From Camelus dromedarius (Eukaryota): a stretch of 64,000 nt of DNA. The position numbers and the translations under genes are program-made. Under the pieces are notes generated by a model, which did no database searches, had not been told where the DNA came from, and saw only the letters and a list, made by a program, of their open reading frames with translations. Position 1 is the stretch's first letter; every line of letters begins with the position of its first letter. Below, in pieces: positions 11,471 to 25,620 of the stretch. The stretch spans positions 116,810,001-116,874,000 of the forward strand of contig NC_087436.1 in assembly GCF_036321535.1 (NCBI RefSeq). Reading direction: 5' to 3'.

Positions 11471-14189
11471 CTACCTTGAGCCATTTTCTCTTGGTGCCTT
11501 TGCTATGTTTGGACCCAAGTCTGTCCCTTCCACCCCAAAAGGAGGGACTGGCTCACTTCTGCATGCTGCTTTCTCAGCACAGTGACGGACCCACAGTGGA
11601 TGTTTGATAAATATTCATTTCCACCTGCAGTTTCTCAAGGGTCCTCCCCAGACTAGGAGTCACTGGACTTGCTCTGTTCTGATCTCTCTTTTCAAAGCGA
11701 GACTGAGAAGCAACAAACGCAGTGGAATGTCATCAGAACGGGAAATGGGACACCGCACCGTCCCTAAAACTCCTGGTCAAATAGTCTGATATGTCAAGAG
11801 CTGGTCAGAACTCAGAGAAGGAGACAGGAAATCGGATGAATAACCGTCTAAAAGTGGTGTTTAGGGCAGAGAAGAGAAGGTTTGCATTTTCCTTCTGTTT
11901 CTTTCCCCGGGAAAGAAGAGGACACTGGGACCCAGCAGAACGGGGTTTGGATCCCAGCTGCGTCACTTCTGGCTGTTGGTCCTGCTTTCCTTGTTGGTAG
12001 AAAGCAAGTGACGTCCGCTGAGACGGAAGTGCGGCGAGGAGCTCCGCGGTGTTTCTAAAGCGCGGGGGTGATAGCTGTCGCTGGGAGGAAGAAAGACAAA
12101 CACTGACCCGTCATCTCCCGTCTGTGCTGCACAGAATCAGGCACCCATGTCCCTGTTTTTTCTTGAAATAGAAGCTCTATATTCTAGTGCAATGTTTCTC
12201 ATCTGGGCTTTACATTAAAATAATTAGGTAAATTTTTTGTAAGTACTATTCCCCAGCATGTGTTTGATTTCCCTTGGAGGTGAGACCCAGGCAACACTGT
12301 TTTTCAAAGCTCCTGGATGAGTTTTATGTACCTCCAGGATAAAAGCGCCCAGAGGGAGCCAGGCTCTAGGGATGTTTCTGCCACTCGAGTTTCGAAGGTG
12401 CTTGAGCCTTACCCATCTGTGTCCAAGCTCCTGATGTCAAGAATAAGGCTCCCCTGGTCTCCAGATGCCCCCTCGGCTGCTGTCTCCATGACACCAGCCT
12501 ACTGTCAGCAGTGTCAGTGGCGCTGGAATCATTCGACGTGTGCGTCCTGTGTCTCTGGGGTAGTTAGACTTGACAGCTGTGTGCTCACCCTTAGATGTCA
12601 TGAGAGCCCCCCTGGTTCTGTTCACCACACGCACCTCCAGAGGTCAGTCACCTTCCTTCCCACTGAGTCCGCCCAGCAGCCCTGTAACGTAGGATTTCTA
12701 AGGCTTGGAAGGGCCAAGTGCCCAGGCCAGTGGGTGCACATAGTAGGTGCTTGGTAAGAATCACTTCCCTACCCACTGGGCACAAGAGGTCACGAGGACT
12801 CAGAGAAGCTAGGTGACCTGGTCCGAGTTACAGGGTAGGTGTGTGATGGCTGAGGGAGCAAAAACGGGCAGAGCCCAGTCACTGGGGGCGCCACCAGGAA
12901 GGAGAGAGCTTTGCTGGAGGAAGAGAGCTTCCGAATCCATTTTCAGTTGGCCCCATCTGGGTAGTCAGATGGCCGTGACTAATGACCGCAGGTGACCAAC
13001 CATGTGAGGCTGTCGCAAGGTTCACTTTCTCTGAAAACAGAAGGAACACCAAGAGCCGAGCTTTCTGGGGGGGAAATAGTGCCCGCTGCCTTCCTGACAG
13101 CTGCTCCCTGGGCACCCCCGGGGATGAATCGCCCTCCCCAGGGATGCTGTGATTTACGTCTGGCAATCCGCCTGACCGCTGCCGCCCTCACCACCGCTGT
13201 GCTCAGCCTGGGTGGCGGTGGTGGTCCCCACCGTTGTGTTTCAGCCCCCATCGGTCTCTGACAGCTCTGCCCTTCTCCATTTGAAAGCTAAGTCTTGGCT
13301 TCCCAAAACAATTGCCGAATTGAAGCACTTCAGTTAAGGGAAATGTCATGCAGATCATTAATTGACAGCTGAAAACTCAGAACACTGAGGTTTGGGGAAT
13401 GTTGGTTGGACCTTCTCAACCACTAATGATCATTACTATGATTTTTACAGCAGCCATGGACTTAGTCTGTTTTGCTTAACTTGTTTTTTTTTTTTTAACT
13501 TGAATAAATGCATATAAGAGGGAAACGTCATTACTGTAAGTAACTGCATCTAAGTTTCAGACCAAAGCTTTCAACCTGGGGAATGTTTTCTCCGTGAAAG
13601 GGAAAGAGAAGTCAATGTTGGAGCGATGTTTAGGATATACTAAGCGCCACGTGGAAACTCTCCTTGACATCAAGAGACAAAGTAATAATAATAATTTCCA
13701 ACTACGCATCCATTACAATTTTAATATCATGGTACGCGCACCAAATAAATATGCCCCTGAGACACCATGAGAGTTACAGACGCCTGCTGAGTCCTAGCTC
13801 TGCTCAGCCCACTTCGGAGACTTTTGGGTGCGTGAACTCATTAAGTCTCACAACAGCCCTGTGCAGAAAGCAATGCTGTAGTCCCCAGTTTTCTGATGAG
13901 GACACAGAAGTGCAGAGCGGTCACTGAGCCACAAAATTTCCTTTAAGTTTCAGCCAACTCAGTGGCCCAAGGTGCGGTGTTCAGACAAAATATACTTTAA
14001 GTAAAGGATGCGATGTTTTTCAAACAAAACACCGAACTGTGGTTTTCCCTTTTCAAACAGCAGTGCAGCCACGGCATCAGTTCAAGCCATCTTGGTGGCA
14101 ACTCTGTGTATTCTGATGACTTGGGAAGTGGAAAAAAAGTCTTTATACGTCTCGAGAAACCATAAAAAGAGAGAAAGTAGGAATTACCA

Positions 14190-14380
14190 AGAAGATGCGC
14201 AGATTCACATTTTTGAACAGAAACTATTGATTTTAAAGTGTGAACTTTATTATCAGCGTAGGTTTGCAAGACGTCGCCTTTGGGGGATGCTGGGTGAAGG
14301 GCACATGAAATCTCTCTGTATTATTTCCTACCACTGCAAGAGACCTGCAATTATCCCAGAATAAAAAGTTTAAGTTAAGA
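14190..14380 (+). mobile_element. Old L1 (L1MC/MD-like) extreme 3' end
   Basis: gaagggcacatgaaatctctctgtattatttc...gcaattatcccagaataaaaagtt. Confidence 0.6.
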
Positions 14381-16709
14381 GAGAGCATGACTGTTAGAAG
14401 TGTTCTGCTGACGTGAGGTGGCACTTTATTCCAGGGAGCTTTTGCATGTATTATTTCATGGGAACCTTAATCATCCCTCCTCGTACCTGTCTGCATTTAC
14501 CCATTTTACAGGTGGGAAAATGGAGCTTCAGAGAGGAAATTTCACTTGTTGAGTGTGATGGAGCTCATACAAGACAAAAAGAAGATTTAAATCCAATTTA
14601 TGTAAAGCTTAACCAAAAACTAAGGGAGACTCAGAAAGGGCTGTTTTCATAGTAAAAAGTGTTAACCTCAGACACACACTGAGCACCTGTCATGCGCAGG
14701 AAGGATGAAGGAAAACCTATTCTACGGAGTCAATGACCATGCTTTATGTGTTGGCATCTCCAGCTGCAGGTCACGGGAAAATTTCTGAGTGGGAAGAGGT
14801 TCTCCAGGAGGCCACGTGGTGCTCCCGGGAGGACTTCCCACCCTGCTCTGCAATTTGGTCACTTTGTGCAGGTCTCTCTGTCTTCACAAATCTCATTGAA
14901 GACACCCCCTGAGGCCTGAGGCCTTCATCTTCCACGTGAGGTCTTGTGGGGGTCTCGTCACCAGGGGCATCTCAGTGCCCAAGGACTGTGGTTGTGTTCA
15001 GACAGGACTTCTGACAATTTACTTGGGTTCTCACTTAAAAATCCAAGTTTTTAAAGTTACCAATTCCAAAGCCTAGCTTTCCCGAAGCCTCAAATTTCCA
15101 TCTATAAAGCGTATTGTTCAATACATAAATGGAGTGACTTTTATCTAAACAGGAAGACAATCACTCTGTCACATTAGACAGGCTAAGACCATGAGATATT
15201 TAGGAACTCAGTTAAAGCTCCTTAAATATTTGAAATACCTTTATTCACTTAATGTAATTGACTTGTAAGCCCTTCTAATGCTGACAGGTAGGTTTAACCC
15301 TAACAAGAAAAACTTCAACATCTAATTTTTATAAAGCTAATAAAGTAAATGTATATATATAGAAAAATTCAAGTTCTCTTAGACAGTTCAAACTGTTTAC
15401 AAATGGAGTTGAACATAGCTTGATTCTTACAACTTAATCACAAGTCTAAAATCAATTACACATTCAAAAAATAAATAAATAAAATTAAATCAACTACACA
15501 TTTTAAATTAAAGCCACATGGCCAATCTGTATTCCTAAGATGCCAGAGTTTCTTAAATATTGAAAACACTGAAATTAGCCTCAATTTAACCCCCAAAGAG
15601 TGAATACTATGGGTGTCTGCTCTACTTTATTACTTCTAACCATACCTCTTCATCCTTCACTTGCCCCATTAAAAGGGGAAGGCAGGGTGCAGATGTACCA
15701 TCTCAGGTGGGCTGAAGAAACCAGTTTAAAAATGTGGGACCCTGGTACGCTTGCTTCTTGCTTGGAGATCTGTGGCCAGGAATAGAGCGTCTGAGCACTG
15801 TATGCCTCTGGGATCATCTTACCCAATACAGACAAACCTTCCTAACTCTAGATCAGCAGCCTTCAACTGGGATTGGTGTTGCAGCCATAAGAACGCCGGT
15901 CTTTTCCCCAACAGACCTAGGTAGAGAGATGTACACGTTGCCCCCACTCCCTCATAGCCTCCTCATCTGGCTTTGCCCACATCTGCCAATAGCGCCCGTT
16001 GGGCACCCAACATTATCCTTTTTACCTCTAGCAATCCTCACAACAACCCTCTAAGATGAATACCTCTGTGGCCACTTTGTAGATGAGACCATTGAGGTTT
16101 AGGGAGGCTAATTGACTCAGCTGTCAGTATGAAAGGAAGCTTGGCATTTCTTCTGAGACCCGTCCAATGGCCACTGTATCAGTTCCAGGTTGAATTCCTT
16201 CCCTGCCCTTCAGTGACGTGTTTTTTCCGTCTTAGATCTCCTTTCATTACCAGCATCCTTCCTCTCACACATGCCTCCCTGGGGTCCCGCTGTACCAGAA
16301 CTTCATATTTTAAAATACTTTATATTTCCGCAAAGCAAAAAAAAAAAAATTAAGAGCTTTAAAATCAAGGAAATATAGCAGGTCTGAATATTGAATGAAA
16401 CCTGAGGTGGAAAACCAAACGTCAGGAGAAATGATGTTATTTAAATTCCCCAAAAATGAAAAGCAAGTTTATTCATGTCTTTTCTTTCACCACCTTTTAT
16501 GTTGGCTCATAACTTCTTCTTTTGCTTGGAAAATTATGAGAAAAATGACCTGGCTTTAATTTTATAAAACAGTGGTAAATATCACACTGGTCTATGGGCT
16601 ATTCATTTGACAGTGAAATGTAATCAAGGGTTTTTAAGGACTCAGAATGATTTTGTCTTGATCACTATGACCTGTATTTTATGTAACACCATTTTTCTTT
16701 TCCTTGCAG

Positions 16710-16737
16710 ACAGATAAGCTTAAAGGACTTGAGTGAG
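16710..16737 (+). CDS. CLNK: CLNK coding micro-exon (28 nt), (R)QISLKDLSE
   Basis: ttttcttttccttgcag acceptor and gtaagt donor. Phase 2->0. Matches human QISLRDLSE. Confidence 0.92.
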
Positions 16738-17496
16738 GTAAGTAACAATTCTGTCCTAAGAAACAAAGAAGGGAATTTTTGTACATTGCGATAGGCAAGA
16801 TCCTTAATTATCGTAATAATTGTGCTCGATATGTATTAATATCCCTATTTTAAAGGGGAAAAAACTAAAGCAAAACAAGGTAAGCTTGAGACTTTAAACC
16901 AAATTCGTATTTTGCCACCATAGTCAGTGCTTATCGGTAAAGTGATGAGGAGAGATGGCCATGACCCATGGAAGACTGATGGCTCACAGTCTCCAGCATC
17001 ACGGAAACAAATGTGGGAAATCGTCCTATAGCGTGCCACTTGTTTTTCACAAGGAAGACGGGTCTGCAAGGTGGAAGAAATATGAGATACAGAGTCACAG
17101 AGACCCGGGTTAGAATCCCTCTCTGCCACCAACTACTTCGTGAATTCAGGCGAACCCTCCCACCCCAACCCCACCCCAGTTCTGTTCTGATTTCCTCGCT
17201 AAAAAAATAGAGATGGGTGCACTCAGCTTTGCAAAGTTGTTGTGACAAAGGCAGAGTCACTCAAAGCCAGCACGTACACAACCAGGTGACAGCAGAGGCT
17301 CAGTAAGTGGCACGAAAGTCGTGTAAGACAGGAGCCACCTCAGAGTCCCTTTGGGTGTTTACTTCCTTAAGCCCCCAAAGAAGTTCCTAGAGCAGATGGT
17401 GGGTCCTCACCTCACTCCCACTGGCCTCCTGAGGGGTTTGGTTTTTGTCTTGTATTTGACCTCTGCTTGTACATCTAGACTGTGGGGGTGGATCTC

Positions 17497-17596
17497 TTTT
17501 CCTTCCTTCTTTATTCTCTTTCTTTGCTCCTCTTTCTTTCTCTTTCTCTCTTTCTCTCTCTCTTTCTTTTTCTCTCTCTCTTTCTTTCTTTTTTTT
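17497..17596. repeat. CT-rich microsatellite merging with the L1 poly(A) tail
   Basis: (TC)/(TTTC)-rich run. Confidence 0.85.
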
Positions 17597-18221
17597 AAAC
17601 ATTTTTTAATTGATTTATAATCATTTTACAATGTTATGTCAGATTCCAGTGTAGAGCACAATTTTTCAGTTATACATGAACATATATATATATTTATTGT
17701 CACATTTTTTTCTCTGTGACCTACCATAAGATCTTGTATATATTTCCCTGTGCTATACAGTATAATCTTGTTTATCTATTCTACAGTTTTGAAATCCCAG
17801 TCTATCTCTTCCCACCCCCTGCCCCCTTGGCAACCACAAGTTTATATTCTATGTCTGTGAGTCTATTTCTGTTTTGTATTTATGCCTTGTTTGTTCTTTT
17901 TTTAGATTCCACGTATGAGCAATCTCATATGGTATTTTTCTTTCTCTTTCTGGCTTACTTTACTTAAAATGACATTCTCCAGGAGCATCCATGTTGCTGC
18001 AAATGGCGTTATGTTGTCGGTTTTTATGGCTTAGTAGTATTCCATTGTATAAATATACCACTTCTTCTTTATCCAGTCATCTGTTGATGGACATTTAGGC
18101 TGTTTCCATGTCTTGGCTATTGTAAATAATGCTGCTATGAACATTGGGGTGCAGGTGTCATCCTGAAGTAGGGTTCCTTCTGGATACAAGCCCAGGAGCC
18201 GGATTCCTGGGTCATACAGTA
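17589..18221 (-). mobile_element. Young 5'-truncated L1 (camelid-type 3' UTR)
   Basis: Poly(T), then aacattttttaattgatttataatcattttacaatgtt...; continues into the ORF2 end (tccattgtataaatataccac...tgctgctatgaacattggg). Confidence 0.9.
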
Positions 18222-18381
18222 TCTTTCTTTCTTTCTTCCTTCCTCCCTCCCTCCTTCCCTTTCTTTCTTCCTCCCTTTCTTCTTTCTTTTTTCTTTCTTC
18301 CTCTCGTCTTTCTTTCCTCCCTCCTTACCTCCATCCTTCTCTTTCTTTCTTTTTTTCTTTCTTTCCTTCTTTCCTTCTTTT
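18222..18381. repeat. CT-rich (TTTC/CCTT) microsatellite
   Basis: Pyrimidine tract seen directly. Confidence 0.9.
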
Positions 18382-21227
18382 TGGAGTTACGAGAATGTTA
18401 AAATTAAAAGACACATTCCTAGCTTGTCCTCCAAACAAGAGATTTATTACCTTCAATCTGTAAGACCGTCATGTCAAGGAGGAAAACACGTGACTGCTGA
18501 ATGGGAGGCTCCATTCAAGACTTCACCCAGCTCATTCTCTTCTGGGCATTGTTGGACTTCCCAGTGCCACCAGGAAGGAGAAAGCCAGTGGAGGGGGCGT
18601 CCTCTGCTGCTAGGGGAATCCACACACCTAAAGGGGCTCCACCCCTTTCTTCCTGCAGGTCAGGTTTATGTAGCCTAAGCAGGCTGCCACTCAAGATGAC
18701 CTACATCCATAAGTCATTGGTCCATCTCAAAGGACAATAGGCCCCCCAGTCACAAACAAGAAAGAAGGAAATGGGGGCAGCCAGCCTTAGACAGCAGGCA
18801 CCATGCAGGACTGTTTGTTTTTCTGGCGACTTTGGTTGGCATTCTGCTAGAAGTTGATATCCTCTAAAGTACAGCAAGGCCTAGTGGAAAAACAAATTCT
18901 TCCTCCTTATCGTTTGCCAAGACACTTCCTCATTGTTTGTTTGGCCGAGAGTCAAGGTCACTCCCCAGTCCAAAAGCCCATCTCATGGGACACATGCCAT
19001 GCTTGTGTAAATGTTAAGGGCTCGCTCACATTGCATCTTGGGGACCAGAACCCATTCCAACAAAAACGATGCCCCAACTCGAATTCACATAGCACTTTAT
19101 AGTTTTCAAAGAAAGTAGAAACTTATTGCCCCCTTTAATTCTCAAACAAACAAAAAACCCGAAGAGAAAAAGAAGCCTCAGAAAAGTGGTAAGACTTCCC
19201 AGAGCTCTCATAGCAGCTGAAGACAGGGCCACCACTGAAAGCCCGAAGTCCCAGTCTATTCCCCATCCTGCTGACTCTGCCCTGCAAAACACAGAGACAC
19301 CCCTGAGGACAAACAGTGGAAAAAAAGAAGAACGAAGGCAGGAAGGAAGGAAAGGATGGAGGGAGGGACGGTGGGAAGTAATAAAGAAGGCCTTAGTATT
19401 TAACTTGAATATGTTCATTTTCTAACAAAAAAAGTTAAAGAAATGAGGGAGATTTCACTCCACTTTTCTAATTGCATTTGATTTTAAATTCAGAGCCCTC
19501 AAGCAAAACTTGGCTGGGTCTCAATTAAATCAAACAACCGCTCCCCCAGACAGATGGCTTCTCAGCTGTATTTACAGCAAGGCGTTCCCCCTCCTTTGAC
19601 AAGCCTGAGAACCACAGCCACAACTGATGGGGCACTTTGAACTGCTAGGTTCAAAGTCCTGAGGAAAACTCAGTGGGGGGGACTTTCAAACCACTTATGA
19701 GAAGGGATTCATTCATTACCCTTTTCACTTAGCCTATGGACTTGCCTTGATTTGCTGTCCACGATGAAATGTACGTCCTCTTTCCAGAATCCTGGGGGAT
19801 GCCAAATCCTTTGAAACAAAAGGGCTTGTCTGTTGGCTAGCCTCAGATGAGACGGACGATGCCTCTCTGAGCTATTTGTTAATAAAGGTTTTTTGTCTGC
19901 GAAGCCAGAGTGAGTCTGGAGACCTGGGCTCCAGGACCAGCTCAGCCACAAGATAACTGTGGGAACCTGGGTGAGCAGCCCCACCTCTGTGGCCCTCCTC
20001 TGCAAACCACTGGCTGTAACTTTTCATGGACCTCAGACGACTTTGAAAATTTGATGAAAGGTATAATGAACCTTCCTCACCCCCAAAAAAATGTATGTAT
20101 TTATAAAGGGAAAAAAAATATTTGGCTTTTAATTTCAGAAATGTCATAGACCCCACTAGGCCATCCAAGGACCTCTTCTATCCTGCAAGTTAAGAAGCCC
20201 TTGTCCAAATGATACCCATGGACCTCCTGAGCAGACGCAATGCATGAAACGGACTTCGGAAAATTATTTGCAGTTAAGAAAATACTTCAGCAAATACTGT
20301 CCTTCTTGCAAGGCGTTTCGATTCTTCAAGAGCATAACAGGGCTCAAGGATGCAAGGCCCATGTGCACATAGACTTTCATGATGAAAAATGATCAGGAAT
20401 TCTACCAGTTAAGGAAAGAAAGAGAATGGAAATGTTTGGGAAGATAAAATGGCTCCATTTAAAAAGAATAATGTGAACGTTTTCATGTTAATTTTTTAAA
20501 ATAAAAATTCTAGAACAGGTATAAAGAAAATTAACTGTAGCTCTCATCACTTAAACACAACCTTTATTAATATTTTATCATATGTTCAACATCTTTTTTC
20601 AACATACACACATACACACACACGCACATACTTTTGCTTGTAAATGTGTCATGAGCCCAGTTTTTACCCTGAATTTCTTATGTGACTTTGAGACATAGTA
20701 TCATCTTATCCCACACTCTACATAAGTACCTGCAATGCATTTATAGTATTACAGTAAGTAAGTCCAGCTCCAAAATGACTTAGCAGTGCGCTTAGGTCGT
20801 GAAGATTGTCCCCAACGTTTTGACATTATAAGTGATGATGTACTGAACATCTTTGCATGTGGAACGTGACCTAGATTTCAGGCTGTTGTCTTAGAAAAAG
20901 AATCTCATCAACTGAATCATTGGGGTAAGATTAAGAGTGTTTCTAAGGCCCCGGTTAGCTATGGTCAAACTGGTTTCCCAAAGAGTCAAAGCAATTTATA
21001 GTCCCATCCGCAGACTGTATATTTGCCTGTTATATCACATAAAGAGCATAAAATTTTGATTTTTGCTTAGTCTTTTGGAGAATTATTTGTAGATTTTTTT
21101 AAATCTGTACTAATAAAAATATTGCCCAAACTCTACTAACCAATTGCTCCAAAAACACACACACTATTAAGTCAAATTCTCTGTCACTAAAAGTCACTCA
21201 GCATTATCTGTTTTTGATTCAATACAG

Positions 21228-21246
21228 GTCCTCGGAACAGAAAAAG
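21228..21246 (+). CDS. CLNK: CLNK coding micro-exon (19 nt), VLGTEK
   Basis: tttttgattcaatacag acceptor and gtgaac donor. Phase 0->1, needed to keep the frame. Matches human VLEAEK. Confidence 0.85.
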
Positions 21247-22963
21247 GTGAACTGTTTACATTTGCTTTCTTCTCCTAATATCATGAAGTTAAATTCTATT
21301 CCCGCGTTTACAGCATTAGTCATTTTTTAAAGGATTACTTGTTTCAGGGCCTGGGATGTATAGGCGTGTGTGTTTGTGTATGTGTGTGTGTGCATGCACA
21401 CATGATGACGTGATCCAGATGGATTCAGGACCTCAGAGTCTGTTCAAGAGTCCTGTGGTCTAAACAGGGTGATTTAAATTGGGGGTAGGCTAGAGATCTT
21501 TCTTCAGCCACAAGGAGACACACTGTCTGTCACCCCTTGCCACTTTGGAAGGACATTGCTGGCCCCCTGCTCCAGAGAAGCTCTTGGTCTCTCCATCTTT
21601 GATGTCACCCATGCACACACACGTAAGCCCTCACGCATGCACACGTGTGTGCACACTGCTGGTGCCATTGTTGTGGAAACATGCGATCCAACACTCACTT
21701 GCTAGCTGGCAGGATGCTAATCTGGTCATATCTTCATGCTCACCTGCTCTCCCTCTGTGAGTCTGAAGTCTGCTCTTCTTTTTATTGAGAAAGTTAGACT
21801 TCATTGGGGGCCTAACCTGGGCTTGTGGCTTCCCAGGGGTTTCTGGTGGAGTAAGGGTCTGGTGGCAACTCTCAACAATTTTAAAACCCAAAGGAAACTG
21901 TGCCCTTTTCCACAATAAATCTCAACTTCCTAACTGAATGTTCAGAAGTTGTTGCCTCAGGCTTCAGTGACTATCAATGCCACGATGTGACATTGTTCAG
22001 CTCAGAGGGGTGGCTGTTGATGACTTGAAATGACCTGAAGGATGTGAAATTAGTGGTCTAGTCACTGACTCCAATCCCATTTCAGGTAATCACAGTCCTT
22101 CCATCACAGCTGTCTGGTTTGTGATCAGCCTTGGACAGAGCACAGAGTAACAACCAAAATTAAGATGAGTTCGTGTTGAAGCTTCCTTAACTTTATTACT
22201 TACAACTGTAACTGGGAGAGTGTTTTATGGGATTTCATATCATAGTATTATTATGTGCCCTTGGTAATTCTGGATGGCTGGTTAAGATCTGTCCACGATG
22301 AAAAGGAAATACAAAGTGGTAACACCAATGACATATGTAATTACTAAGTAAGTCCGGTTCGTATGGTTGGCAAAACTTTTCAAAACTTGGAGGTCAGGAG
22401 GGAAGAACTGAGAAAATGCATGCCTGGTGGGAACCAGGTGGGAACCTCTGCTCTACATCAGAACCCTGGGCGCTCTCCCGCCCTCTCACAGGAGAGATTG
22501 GAGGGTTCCGGTGTGCATGGGCCAGTGTCAGGTGTCCCCATACCCTGCATTGCTCAGAATAGTTCTTAAGTTCAACATTTGTTTATGCTTCTATATAAGT
22601 TTTCATTTGAATGCAGAATCCAGCTTCAGTCTACTTCTACTTTCAGCCCTTCCAAAACCAAGTGCCTTCCAAGGTAACATTCTGTATTTTGGGAAGCTCG
22701 ACGATGAGTTCTAGATTTAATATTTTTGATAACCTTGTTGAATATTCAGCATTCAAAACAATTTTTATAGTCTCAGGGAGGGGCCATTCCCTGGAGCCAG
22801 GGTCCTTGTAGAACATGTGGGTTACAGTTTCTACTGACCAACAGACCACTCTTAATAATCAGAGATTTCTTGGAGGAGATTATAGCAGTTCCAAGAGACC
22901 TCTAATGGCCCCCAATTGTTTCTCTTTTGCAACCTGATCAAATTATGTGATGCCTTTACACAG

Positions 22964-23045
22964 TTCCTCACCACCAGATGAAGCCTGAATCATCTCATCT
23001 GTCACAAAATCAAAGTACTCAAGAGATTCCTCTTGCCGTTGCCAG
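22964..23045 (+). CDS. CLNK: CLNK coding exon (82 nt), (V)PHHQMKPESSHLSQNQSTQEIPLAVA(S)
   Basis: ctttacacag acceptor and gtaagg donor. Phase 1->2. Matches human VPHNQRKPESTHLLENQNTQEIPLAIS. Confidence 0.93.
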
Positions 23046-24729
23046 GTAAGGAGCCAGGAATCCCTTGTTGGGTCCCAGCTTTGGGGGCAGGCCACGTGTT
23101 GTCTGGAATAATGACTCACCAAGGCTTCCTGAGAAAAAGAGCATCTTTTGCCTTTGGTAACGAAGCCCAGTGACGAGGCCCCAGGGAGACCTGTGAATCA
23201 CGGTTGTTGTTGACGATAATAGCATTGCTATTGCTACACTTTATAGGTGATTGATTGCATGTTAGGGACATTTGGGAGATTTAAAGACTTGAATATTAAC
23301 TAGATAGGATCAACTGGAATGGAGGCAAATCAACCTGGGAAGAAAAGTTGGCGTTTCTAACGAGTCTCAGCTTATGATCACATGGAAGCCGACAGTGACT
23401 TTTGAACAGCATTTTATGAATGGCCAGGGGTTGAAAACGCCATTATCTGATGAAATACTTGCCTGGTCAGGTTATTGTGACAAGTGTCATCCCAACAGAA
23501 GAGTCAAGGAAGCTAATAAGGCTCAGGCTGGTGATTCATTGGCCAAGGTCATGTGAATTAGGGGTGGCTTCCTTAAAACAACATGCAGAGCCTCCAAAAT
23601 CAGTGCCATAAAACCCTCATGACCCCAGCCTGGCCAGTGTCTCCAGCCTCAGTTCATGCCACTCTCCCACTTCCTAGTCTCCATTGCCCCCCTCCCCCAC
23701 CACCACCACAGGACATTTGCAAGTGTTATTCCTCTGCCTATAACACTTCCCCTCCCCCATTTCCCTCTCTCTACCCTCTCCCTAATTGGAAAACTCCTCT
23801 TTATCCATCAGACCTCAGCTTAAAGACACCCTGAATCCAGGAGATAGTTCCAACCCATCCCCCAGAGGGAATCAAGGAGGCCCAGAGAGGCTGAGTCCCT
23901 GCCCATTGAAATCAGTCCAACTCCACTTTTCAATAGTCCATAGCATTCATCCTGACTTGATTCTAAAAATGCAGCCCATGAATCTTGACTTTCCTTGGCG
24001 CCTGCCCTACAGTTTAGATGCTCTTTTATTTGTTTAGTATTACCGGGCATATACTCTGTTAGTGGTGGAATAGAATTGCGGTTAGGAGGGACCCCCAGGA
24101 GTCAGACTGGGTTCCTCGCTAGCAAACCATGTGACCTTGGGCAGCACCGCTTATCTTGTGTGTGAAGTTGAGTGCAGAGCTAGGCCTGTTCCAAGTGCCC
24201 GCTAACCGTCACTCTCATTGCCATCGGCAGGCCCCGCGCATCGGGGTGGGGCCTCCGGCCCCTGTGCCCTTTCCCACCCTCACTTTCTTGTCCTGTTTCA
24301 CTCCTCCAGTGACACTGTTCTCACTCTTTGGTCTGAGTATTAGGGCTGTGGCTTTGTAACTCTCATCAGGCTGTTTTCTGTGTAAGGCCCAATCTGACAC
24401 AAAAAACCCTTGCCCATACAAGAAACACTCTTTCTTAATGAAGTTTGCTGAAAGGGGAAAAAAAATCATCACACTGTAGTGAGAGGATAATGAGCTTTCA
24501 GTTGGACACACATGTGTAGTACTTGTTGTTCAACGTGATTTGGCTTCTACTGTTTGTTTGTTTAATTTAATGAACAAAGTCTCCTGAATTTTCTTCCTCT
24601 CTTAAATGTTGCTTCTTCCAGGTCCCCTTTTCGTACTTTTCCCCAAACTGACCTCTAAATGTTGGTATTCCTCAGAGCCTTCCAAGGTCCTTTTTTCTAT
24701 CAGTAAGAGTGTAAGCAATCCATCCATCT

Positions 24730-25620
24730 TCAAAGTGACAAATGTCAACTCTATACTGATAATTACTAAACTTCTATCTTCTGCCCTAACTGCCCTTTTT
24801 AACTCTGGACCCATGTATTGAATTATCCACTGGGCAGTTTTCCTTAAAGAGGGGACAGGCATCTCATATACATAATGTTCAAGTTGAACTCTCCATCTCT
24901 ACTTTCATTCCCAAACCAGCACTTCCCTCCTACAAACTTTCTCACCTCAGTACATACTCTCTTTTCCATCTTCACTCTTCCCATCCAATCCATTTCCAAC
25001 TCCCAAAATTCTACCTCAAAACATGTCTCAAATCTATTCATTTCTACTCATTTCTCCAGTTCCTGACATAGACCACCCGCCATCAACCCTTGTTTGAACT
25101 ACTACAGTCAGCTTCTAATGATACTGAACGTCTCCATACCCTACTTTCCACCCACAGGGAACTACTTTCTGACCTTTTGCAGAATAAGCCATGCTTTCTT
25201 GCCTCTGAGACTTTGCACCTGCTCTTCCCTCTGCGTGGAACACACCCTTACACCTCACCCTTCTCCTATTCACCTTTCAGAAGTCACCTTGGCTAGGGTA
25301 TCTCCTAGGAGGACTTTTTTTTTTAAGGATGAAGAGATGGCTTTTTAATTTTTAATTTATTTTTTAAACCCTTTTATTGTGGTATGGTTCCTTCCAGGAA
25401 GACTTTTCTGAGAACCAAACCAACTTTCTCTGAATCAAGCGACCTTCTTCTGCTGCCACAGGATCTATCATGATATTTATCCCACATTGTGATTATGGTC
25501 CAGTCATGTCTTCCCTCCATAAATGAAGTGCTTCAGGGCAGAGGCCATGTCCTATTCATGTGATATTTCCCCAAACAGACTATGTACTTAATAAGTGCTC
25601 AGTACATGTTTGCAAAGCGA
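24730..25620 (+). mobile_element. L2 fragment(s)
   Basis: catctcatatacataatgttcaagttgaactc..., ctttgcacctgctcttccctctg..., aataagtgctcagtacatgtttg. Confidence 0.6.
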
